Shown here piece after piece: positions 36,772-48,700 of a stretch of 64,000 nucleotides of DNA. The notes beneath the pieces were generated by a model that was given only the letters and a program-made list of their open reading frames with translations, searched no databases and was not told where the DNA came from. Both the position numbers and the translations under genes were made by a program. The stretch's first letter is position 1; every line of letters begins with the position of its first letter. Location of the stretch: positions 1 through 64,000 of the IMG/VR virus record IMGVR_UViG_3300025316_000011. The stretch is one strand, 5' to 3'. Source of the stretch: a virus.

Positions 36772-39700
36772 TTAAGGAGTGGTTAAGGCTACTGCCCTCT
36801 TATACCCTCCGTACACTCCTAATGTCCCTGCGAGAACGCTGAATTTCTTCTGTCCAAGTCCTACTTCTGTAAGTCTCAATGTCGTACCTAAAATTGGAAT
36901 AGGGTTTTTCATCCATTCTTCGGAAGCATAACCAAGCATAAGTTCGCTGTAAAGGTATGAATACTTCTGCTGGTCCTTCTTTGTCAATGTCCCGATGAAA
37001 TACACCAACCCGGCTAAAGCCCCAGCATAGACAAGGCTGCGGCCTAAGTTGATACGCCTGTGAGTAGGTAAACTCTGCCAATACTTTAACGGGTCTTTCA
37101 TGTTTTTAAAATCCCGTAAGTCGTGGATTACGTGTCTCCATGACTGAAAATGACCTTCCATGATATTCATTTCCCATTTTGTCATGGTGTTGCCTTCTTC
37201 ATCAAGATATGGGACCCACCTTCCCCCTCCAATGGTTTCACCTGTCTTTGCATTGACACCAAGATTATTCAAATGTGGCATCATAAACATTCTGAACATC
37301 CCGACCATTTTACCCTTCCACCCGTTTGTCATCAATGCCTTTGTAGCATCGTCAATCCCTACATATACGAACTGTGAAGCATACCATTTGTAATGATTGT
37401 TCACAATATCCCAATCGTCTCCCCTGTCAGGGATAATGTCGCTATCACTCATTTCACCCTGTGACTTTAACCTTTCCGTAAGGGCATTATACATAGCCTT
37501 CTGTTTGGCAGATTGGCTCCCATCGGAGTTGAAGTACCTCTTGTCTTTAAATCGGTCCCATGCTAAGTCCCCCGACTTAGCATCCACAGAATAGGCTTCC
37601 CATGCCCCGTTATGGATAAGTTGAGACACCAGAGAATGTACCCGCATCGTTTGGTCAACGGAGTTATCAGGTAACATCCCCCATGCTGCGGATAAAGCAT
37701 TTTTCTTAACACTTAGGTTCTCCATCGGAGAATGAAGTAGGCTATCCTCCGTCTGATTCCAATAGTGAAACTTCCGGGCAATGGCCCATACCTTTCTACG
37801 GTTGGAGAACATTTTACCTGCTGCCTTTAAGTGGTCAGCCATAGTAGGTAGTATTTCACTCCTTAATTCCTCCGGCATTCCAATATTAGCGGCTGATTGA
37901 GCAATGGCATTAACGGTTGATTTGAATGCTCCCGCGATAAGAACTTTAGGCGCCGTTACGAACCTATACATCAGCAAAATGTTAGTCATGCCACGCATGG
38001 CGGTATTGGCTACGTCGGCTGTTTCCACGGGACCGATAAGCGGAACATCAATAGTTCCTCCGTTATCCCGTTTGTCTGCATTCTGTTTATTGACATAACG
38101 GTTAAAGTATTCCTCCATAAATTCCCTTGTATGGCGAAGGTTTACGTTGTTGGAATTTTCCCATCCGGTCATTAAAGCCATCTGCGTATTATACTCCGGC
38201 AGGAACTCATTGCCAATCATTTCATCCCTGATACCTTTAAGCATAAAGTAGTTGCCGATTTTCTCAATGTCGTGAGAAGCCTTTTCGTTAAGGTCAGGGT
38301 CAAAAAGTTCAAAATGTGAAGTATTCCCATCCCTTACCTCTACCAATCCTATCTTTTCATGTGTCTTTGAAGGGTCAAGCATTTGTTGGTTAATACTGCT
38401 GAACAACTTGGTCATGCTTTTATCCTTGGTGACATCGGTGAAAATCTGGTCCGGTGCTTGGATATTGTCAAAGTATTTCTTCAACCCCTCTTTGAACTTA
38501 CCCTGCATAAGCATTTCGTTGGCTGATTTGTCGATTACAGGAATATGACCTTTTGGTGCACGGGAGTTCATGTCGTTAAACTGCTGCTCGGCATCCTCCC
38601 ATGTAAATTCGCTGATATTCAAATCATCATGCTCGCTGCCTATTTCGGTAAATTGATGCTGCCAGTAAATGTCTGCTATGGTACGCTTTCTCATTTCATC
38701 GTACATGGCATTGGTGAGTTCAAGGTCGGCATCGGTAATCTTCCCTTTGTCATATAATGGCTTTGTTTCGGGGTCATTCTTGTCCATGTGGAGAACTGTT
38801 CCCCGCACCGTTACCTTATCACCCTTTTTGTAGGATTTCCCACCATAGGTCAAGTCCTTACCCGCAACAACGTCCATATCCTTATAGAGATGGTCGAAGT
38901 ATAAGTTTCCTGCGGTTCCGACAAATGGCTGTGCTTTAATGCCATGTTGCGCCACTACCTTCTCAAGCAATGGGAATATCTTTTCATGGTATTTCCAATA
39001 TGCCGATACGGTACGTTCGATAGACATTTGCATGGCCCCTGCGGAAGCCTGGATAAAGCTGCTGCGCTGTACCAATGGAGAAGGAATGTTTTCAAGTCCC
39101 CCCCCTTTTATGTCAGCGATTTGGTTTGCCGTCTCAATATGACCAAATCCTGTTCCCGGCCTTTTGAGTTCATCCAACGTGGCACTTACAAGTTGATAGA
39201 TAGGGTCAGCAAACTTCTCTGTGTCGCTGCCTATCTTATGGTCTAATACCCTCTGCCATTCTGTTAAGGCTTTTATCTTTGCCTGTTTTGAACCTTTGGT
39301 GAGTAAGTCCCGCCTTGCTACGACAGATTCCCTTTTCGTGTCAAATTCTTCGTAAGGGTCCATCATTTCTTCCTGATTGGAGAGATATTCACTAAGCTGG
39401 TTGATGAAAGGGGTGCGCAGTTTATCATTCTCTATCCGCTTGTTTTGGATGATACCACGGATAGTGATGCTCCCTACCATATCCATAAATTCAGGTTGTG
39501 CCTTTAAAATGTCAAGTATCTTACCAATATCCTCAATGCTGTTTACCTGATAAGGCTTAACGCTGTTTTTACGTGTCTCAATGACTGATAACTTTCTGAA
39601 GGTAGCATCCATGCCTAACGCTTGCATCCCAATCATGAGTTTCCGGTAGCTATACATGCTGTCATTGTATTCTGCGGGGCCGCCTAATTTGCGATATTTC

Positions 39701-42700
39701 TTATCATCCATGATATCCCCCAAAATGTTCCGTTGCCTACCAATGACGGCATCCGTTCCCTGACCATAGGAGGTAACATCGAATATAGATACGTCAGCCT
39801 TCCCGTTTTTGTCAAATCCATGAACAACAACGATAGGGTCATAACCTTTTAAATCGTCTTTATACAATGACCTGAAACGTGGGTCTGCGTGTTCCGGCAG
39901 TTGGGAGTACCTCACTACGTCCATGGCTCCCTGTTCAATACCAAGTAGGTTGATAAGGGTTTTAAGTACCTGTGGGTTGTAGTCTTTTAATCCTACCGTT
40001 GAAGCAATATCAGAAATGGTAGCCTGTTTACTGTTATGAGTAGCAGATAACCCAATAGGGGTATTGGCAAAAGATATGAAGTTCTGTATAAGTTCAGGTA
40101 CTTTCCCGTCAATCATAGGATATTTGGGTGTAACCTGGTTATGAATGGCTTCTTTTAACTTCTCGTCAGTATCGTATTTGTCAGCAGGGAAAACAGTCTG
40201 ATGGGTTCCTTCGTTGTAATAATAGTTACCCCTTGCATTTACTCCCGTCTTTTTAACTTCATTGAAGATTTCATCGGTGACTTCTTCCGGTGTGAGTTTT
40301 GAGAACCGTAAAGAATCAGCGTGATCTGATGCTAAATGAAGTGTAAGGTCGCTAATGTCCAATACAGGCATCTTTGCGGATCTGCTTTCAGCCTTACCCA
40401 TTTTGTCAATGACTTTCATCTCGTCAGGGGTGAATGTGAACTTGTCTCCTTTTAATACCTGATTGGTGAAATCTTTAAAGAACTTTTCTAAGTCAGGGTT
40501 TCCAATGTCAAACCCGTCTTTTAATCCGAGTATGCCTTTTAACCCATTCCATAATTCGGTGACATAACGCTTCACGTTCTCATAGATACGTGTGGCGAAG
40601 GTTTTATCCGTCTCCGGTATCTTACTGTCACTTTCCCGTAAAAAGCGTTCTACGGCAGGAATAGAGGTAAACCCTCCCATGGTAGCCATCACTTCGTCAA
40701 TGTGCTGCTGCCCGTCAAGTTCGGGATAAGTAATCTTTATCTGTTCCGATAATTTGGCAACATCGTTCCCCCCCTGACTGATAGCATCCTTCACGTAGTT
40801 TTCAAATTCAGCATACTTTTCGGGATTACGTGACTTATACACGGCATTCCATATATGCTGTAACTCATGTACCCCTGTGGATGATGTTACCTTGTCAATG
40901 TTGTAATGTATTCCCTGTCCATCGACATATCCCCTTGCTGTTGGGCTAATACCTTTTTCCCGTAACGAATCGGAATCTTCCTTAATGAAGTTAAGTTGTT
41001 CAAACTGACCTTTTATTTTGTCAAGCAGGATTTCAAATGATTGTTGAACAACACGGTTATCTTGGATTTTGTTAAGGTCAATAGGCTTTTGAAATAGGGG
41101 CAATCCCTGTGCTACTTCATCACGCATTTTGGGGGTAATGTCAATAGAATGTTGAGTTGTTGAACCATTAATTTTACGTTCGGATTCTATGGCAATTTCT
41201 TGTAATGTCTTTTGTATTGCTTCCTTAGATAGTTGATTCCCTACATCTATCGGAATTGTAGATAGAACGTCATCATTCCATGCACGTAATTGGTAGTCTC
41301 CAGTATGAGGTGATTTAACCACAAACGAATCTGTAAAATCATTTTCATTTATAAGCCTTTTTGTACCAATATCTTTTGTTTTCACACTCCCCTTGCCCCA
41401 CAAACCTTCTGCAACCTGACCGACAATGCCTAATTTGCCTTCTGCCGGACTTCCGTAGAAACCTATCATGCCTTTGCCACCAACCTTAATATCCTGACCC
41501 GTCAAACTACGCAAAGTTCCTTTTGGTTCTTGTGCCATAAGTTTTTCAGCAACGTCCTTACCAATAATATCAGGCAAATCTTTAGGTTGAACTCCCGTTC
41601 TCTCTATTACAGTATTTCCATCATGGTCGTATGCTTTAAGATTGCTACCGCTATAATGAATTTCGTTTATTTTCTTTGACAAATCATACCGTTCATTCTG
41701 CTGTTCACCCGTTGTCCAACTGATACTTTCTGCACCTTCTTTTATAGCCTGTTTCAACGCAACTTTCAATCCAAGTTTTGTCCATGCTGTCGTTTCGGTG
41801 ACGAAAGGGGCATGAGTATGTTTACTCTTGTTAGCATCTTTATTTAAAGTTTCTAACGCATTTTTAATCGCTTCTTCTTTTGTATTTCCTGAATCAAACA
41901 CGAAATCTTGGGTTGCCCTGTCATACCCTTTCGGGGCAGTTATTTTCCAATAATCCTCAAATTTAGTTGGAGGTTCTACTATGAATCCTGTTGGTAATTC
42001 AGTTATGCTGTTGGGTTCTTTAAACCCTTCTTTTTTCCCTTTCTGCCCCCAATCTGACTGAATTTCATCAACAAATAAAACTTTCTTTCCGTTAACGTCA
42101 ACACGGGTGCTTAACCTTAAATGTGCCAAAATGTTATGTTCATCGAAATGGGATGAACGGTAATAAAAATCCCTGCTTGCTAACACATACGAACGTGTAT
42201 TGCGCTGTTGTGCATCGTTGAGTTCATCGTAAGGTACATTGTACTGTACGAAAGCCATTTGTTGAAGTTCATCGGTAGTAGGTTCCTTCGGTGGTAACGT
42301 TATCAATACCTCTTTGTAGTTCTCTTTGTCTCCGGGGAGTTGGTACGCCGAATATTTTGTTTGTGATTTTTCACGTTCTTCCTTACTTGTAAGTTTAGTC
42401 CTTATTTCATTATTTCTTAATTCTAATTTCACAAGTTGATCGAATGCTTTTTCTGGTATATATGTCGGTTTCTCCCCTCCATTTTTAATGAAATGATCTA
42501 CGTCACCCCATATTTCATCTGCAAAATGTGTGTAATTAGAATCCCGTTCAACTCTACTAAAAATAGCATTTTTTGCGTTTATGATTAAATCATATTCTTC
42601 TTGTAATTTAACCTCATTATCTCCTTTTGAAACTTCCCGAATATCAATCCGGTTATCCTTCATCCATTGCTGGATTTCCCCTCTACTGAAAGTCTTTGAA

Positions 42701-45700
42701 GGGTTAGCCTTTAACATATCATCTAACCCTGTATAGGTGAGTTCATCGCCCTTTACTCCCCGTGATCGTAACTGTTCGAGCCATTTGTTGCCAGTGAGTT
42801 TTTCCGCCTTAATATCCAAAACGGCTTTTTCAACGGGAGAATAGAACCCATTGATAACATCAAGGTATGGTGATAATGGCTTTACCGTTGAGGTATTACT
42901 CATGGTCCCATCGGTAGTAGTCTTTTCGGAATCAAACCCTCCATGCGGATAGCGTTTGTAACCTTCGCCACCGGCATAAGCCTTCATTTCCGTAGAAAGG
43001 CGGGAATATTCATTTTGGTCATTACCTATCCCATCAAGGTATCTGCCAAAGGCAGTAGATTGTTCATGTAACCCATTAGGCTTATCGTAGAACTCTTTTG
43101 GGATGATATTGATAGCAGAACCTTGTTTTGATTCAAGTCCGTTTGTGAGCAATATCTGATAGGCATACTTTGATTGTAAATCTTCCGGCAGTCTCTTAAA
43201 TTCATCCTGTAAGAACTCAACAGTTTTTGGGTCAGTTTCACTTATAAGTGAATTTCCCCTGAAACTACGGACAAACATGTTGTCGGTGATGCTGTCATAA
43301 AATTCACCAGGATTTCTTACCCCTATCTTTTCAAGTTCCCCTATGGCTACGTTTTTAGGCATATCGGCAATGCCTTTTAACCATGATTGGTATTTGTCAA
43401 ACCCTTCAACATATTCCTGCCTGTCTTTGGCTGAATATAAATGATAGTCCGTCCCGTTAAGGTCAATGGCTTTTTCCCCTATTGACTTCTTAAAGTACCT
43501 GTCAAGGAAAAGGTCATGGTATGGCTTACCTCCACCAAATTCATCCATTGCATGGTGTTCGATATTGGTAAGTACCTTGTTAACCTCTTTTGACGGGTCA
43601 AGTTCCGTCCGGGTAGCCTTGCGGGACAAATCAGGCATTTGATCTTTAAACCTGCCATGGTCAATATCATAAATCAGGTTGTCAATATGCTTCATGTCCG
43701 GCTGATACCTGCCAAACATCTTATTGACCATATCCATGAATGCCTGAAATATCCCTTTCGGGGTGTACCACGGGGACTTCTCCTTCTTTTCAAATGGTTT
43801 TTCAATGCCTGTCTTACCGATATAATGAGCTATCCATTCCTCTGCTTGTAGGTCGGTAATCTTTTTGCCCCGCCATTGTGGGGAATAACGCTTCATGGCG
43901 GTTTTGGATTCATTCATTATGATACCCTTACTTGGTTCATCCAAAAAGTAGTTATATACCATGTGGAAAAACTCATGCTTTGGTGATGTATATACAATCC
44001 CATCCCTCTGCATTTCAAGTCGTATCCTGCCATTATGAAGGTAGCCAAATACCTGTTTCCCGTCAATATTCAAAAACCCGATGCCATGTTTGTCCAGACT
44101 TTCACGAATATCAGCGGCAATGTCGGGATGAACGTTGGAATCTAACCAAGTGTTGAGGGTTTCTCGGCTGATTCTGCGGGTGTCTGTTTCACGGGATTCT
44201 TCAAAGATTGGCCCGTTTTCTTCTCCATTTCCATCCGCTGGTGCGCCACCCTCATTGCCAAGATTTGACTTGGGGTATACTTCGAGAACTGTTTTTTCAT
44301 CTGATAAATATTTATATAGGTTATTATAACTTTCTTCTGAAAATGGGAACCCTTGGAACTGATCTTTGTTGGCTTCAATTGATGATAACAGTTCTTCTTT
44401 TGTTGCCGTTGAAATATCAATCCCGTTATGTTTAACAAAAGTATCTAATGTCGCAAAGTCAGGGATTTCCGCATAAGCAGCCTTAATACGTTTTTTGCCT
44501 TCATTGATACTCATTCCCGTCTTTTCCTTATACTTGCGGGATATTTCCTTTTGGATTTCAGGAACTTTATCTTTAAATACGCTTTTGTCAGGATTGGAAT
44601 TGATAAAATCAATAACATCGTCAGGAGTTATATTTGAGTTATAACCCTCATTCTCTTCGTTTACAAATAAATCAATTCCTTTTAAATTTGTGTCATTTGA
44701 TTTATCAAGCAACCAATTTTTTTCTATCGGATGCTTCTTCTTAAACTGGCCTTTCTTTCTCCCTGACTTTTGTTCTACTTTAAGGGTGTTTTCATCCCCA
44801 AAACGAACATAACTCTTATATGAGAATTGTTCAGCTTCCAGCCTTTCCTGCCATGGTTGTAATCCACTTTGGGATGTCAACACTACCTGATCGTAGGCAG
44901 CAATTAAATCGTTAGGTGTAGCATACTTCGATTCAACCGCCCATTGAGGAAACTGTTCTTCACTGATATTTTCTGAATCGTTTTTCCTATCCTGTAACAA
45001 AGATTCAACTTCCGATGTTCTTGCGGCACGAATGGATTGCTCACGAGTAGTAAGCGTTTCTCCAGCAAATAACTTGTCCGCAATGGTGTTTAACCTTTTA
45101 TCAGAAACTACGTTGTTGTCAACAAACTCCTTATATTCTTTGGCAGGAACCTTTTCATTTTTGTCGGCTTTAATCTTTTCCTTTTCCTGATTTACGAAGT
45201 TAATAGCTTCTTCTGCACTTCCTTCACCTTTGCCAAATGTCACGGGAGGATTCGATTCCGGCCCCGCTTGAACAACTTCACCGGGTTTTATGTCATTAAT
45301 GAATACTGACGTATGTGGCAGCAAATCTAAGGTGTTGGTAAGGAATGTACCTGCCCTGCCAGAGAGTATGTCTGAAAGCCCGTATGCCTTGTCAAACGGC
45401 AACTCAACATTGCCAAGTTCGGATGATCTTTCGATAATCCTGTCAAACATTTTGGCATATCCTTCTTTGTTGGCAAACTCTTTTTTAAGTTTCAAACGAT
45501 AACCAGCAGCAGCGGTATCATATTCCCATTTGCCAAAATCCCCAATGATTTTACCTATCTCTTTATTCTTAAATTGCGCCCTGTTATTATGAATAAAATT
45601 GAAAAGCATGGTCCCGTCCATCTCCCCGTTTTGGGTAAGGTATGTGTCGGTATCCTTCCATGCCTTTAAAATATCGGCAATGGATTTCCCTTCGGCAGCG

Positions 45701-48700
45701 GCAACCTCCGACATCTTCAATGTACGCAGGATGATATAATTTGATTCAGAAATAATGGCAACAGGGTCATATTGGATAATGAGTTTCTGTCTCATTGTCC
45801 CTTTCTCATATATGTTCTTTGCGGTAGCCATGTTCCCAAAGACTACTTTCCCCTCCATTTTGCCAATCAACTCACTGACGGGGATATACTTTGTCCTGCC
45901 GTCCTGGTTTTTACCCGTAACAGAATAAACTTTATAATCATCTCCCAACGGGATATTGTTGGATAATACCACAGGGTCATTTGAGAACTTACCCCGGCCT
46001 TCGGTGATTAAGTCTTTTAAGGCGGCATTATGATCTTCTGAAAGTCCTTTATGTGGTTGGTCAAGCATCATAAGATACCTGAACTTTTCAGGTAATTCTC
46101 CCGTCTCATTAACCGATTTCTCTATTTCGGCAAATGCCTTTTCTGATAACCGGCTCCCCGTGGATCTCTTTAACTGATCGAGAAATTCAGCTTTCTTTGC
46201 TCCGTCTTTAAATGTGAATCTGACGGATAGCACATCATTCATCGTCACCTTATTCCCTAACGGGTCGGTCATATCCTGACTACGCAGATACACCAATTCG
46301 GGATTAAAATAGGCTGAAAGTGCATGGATATGCTTTGTGATGTCCTGTTTGGTAGTATGATCTTCGGCAGATACATCGCTGCCAAAAGTGTAATGAGTGT
46401 AAGCGTATGATTCCCCTGTTTCAGCGAATGCCGAGGTTTTCCCCTTTGCTACCTTCCCTACGGGTTTGGGAACATATTTATCCCTGTGGTTAGTGTCAAT
46501 GTAGCTGATACCGCTTATATCCATTTTTGACGGCTTCAATAACGGGTCGTCAATGTTAATGGCTTTAACTTCTGCTTCTGTGTCAGCTACCACAACTTTC
46601 AACGATATCCCGTCTTTGCCTACCGATACTATACGGGCATATCCTTTTGGGTCAATGGTTTTAAATACATCTCCTGCCGTTGGTTTTACGGTAACAGGTA
46701 ATATCTGGTCGGGGTCAGTTTTTCCCTTTACAGGTTCTACGGGTTTTACCCCCGTAGTCTGATCTCCTGTAACAGTCCTTAGTCTGTCAATTTCCCTGTC
46801 GTAGTACCGTTTGAGCAGGTCGTCCGGCAGTTGGGCCGGAGTTTCAACCCATGAGACATCTTCTTTACGGCCTTTGTTGAGATCGTCAGCTTTTCTATCC
46901 GGGAGTGCGACAAAATCACTTGCTCTGCCGGTGGCGGTATAGTAATCTGCATCGTTGCCATTCCTCTCAAAGCCGATATATACCTTCTTAAAAATACTGC
47001 CACGTATGGATTTCGGAGTTTCGCCATTGTCTTGTATGTCTTTATCGAGAACGAAAATGTTAGGATTCTTCTTTTCTTCTTCCGTCAAATCTTCGTAATC
47101 CAACGGATTAAGGATAAGTGCCTTTTCCCCTGATGGGTCGGCATAAAAAGCATCAACAACACCTTTGGCATCTTTAAAATACTGGATACCATTACCGTTT
47201 TCATCTACAAATCCGTTTGGCATGGCATCACCTATACCCCTAAACACATCATGGAGTACATTTACCAATGGGTTGTTATTGTTCTTCCTTTCGGTAAGGG
47301 TTAATGACTTTGCTCCTACCTTTGAGATATTGTCCGTCCCCTGACGGATATCACCCAAAAACAGGATGGTCCCTGATTTACCAAAATGGTTTTTAATCAG
47401 GATAATGTCATTGTCTGATAACCGCTGTGATTCGTCAATAATGATATGGTCCGCACGTTTTACACGTTCGATAAGGTCGGGACTATTCAGTACGTCCTCT
47501 AACCGCAGATATTCAGGCTTAATGCCTGATAACCCTTCACCAAGCGATTTCTCATTGCCTACCGATACTCCAATGGCAACAACGTCTTTGGAAAATGGTT
47601 CTTCTGAATAGTACGAATGAAGGTCGTAAAGTCCTTTTAAGAATGATGTGCTTTTTCCCGTCCCGCTATCTCCACCGATAAAAATGGAGTTATCCATAAA
47701 GACACGGTTCATGGCATCAACTTCGGCCTGTATCCCTACCCCTTTCCATGTGGTAAGGTATTTGGATTCCGCTTCAACAACTTTACCGAGTATTTTGTGT
47801 GCATTGCCATTATCATTCACCATAAAGGAAAAGGCAAGGCTTTGCGCTCCCTGAATCAACGGGTCAACGCTTTCACCTGTTTCGGTAAATGCTTTAAGCC
47901 TTGCTAACTCCATGCTCTTTGCATGAACGCCAAAAGTCTCAATGAGTGAATTTATGGTGTTGATATAGCCTACGCTTGTCCCGCCTTTGCGCGTTAAATA
48001 ATCATCTCCCGGTTTTAACTGATACAGGGCATCAAGTGACGATTTGTATTCTTTGTTATCGTAAAATTGGGTATTCAGGTAGGTATCTTCAATACCCTGC
48101 ATGTGACGATGCAATACAAGGTCGCTAATAAATGCTTCAAATTCTGGACTGTCAATAATCTTGTCCTGTAACTCAAACAGTCTTGATTTTATCTCTACAA
48201 TCTGGCGGTTGGCTTCATGTAACTTTTTACGTTCCCCGTCAGATAAGGTATATTTCATTTCCTTCCATGCTTCGGGAATGGATGGAATAGCCTTTACCAA
48301 GTCATTATATTCCGGCATAACGGAAACAATACCCTGTGCTATATTTTCTAAATCCCGCTTCGCTTTGTCAATACCCTGGATAAAGTATTTGTCGTTGTGG
48401 TTGTTTAACTTACTTTCATTAAGATCATCATACAACCTTAATATCGAATAATACCTATTGAGTAAGTTCAAATGCTTATTTCCCTGATCTTCCGATAAGG
48501 TAATGTCGTTTGGGGATAAATGAGGTTTCAGTTCGTCTTTTGCGCCAAGCAGATAGGCTGACCGAACAATCATTTTATTCTTTTCTACCTTGTCTTGTAA
48601 ATCCTTAATCTTTTGACGGATAACGGTAGGTTCGGAAGTGTCGGAAAACGACATATTGCTAATGGATAACGGATTATCACTGGTAATATCGTTAGCAATA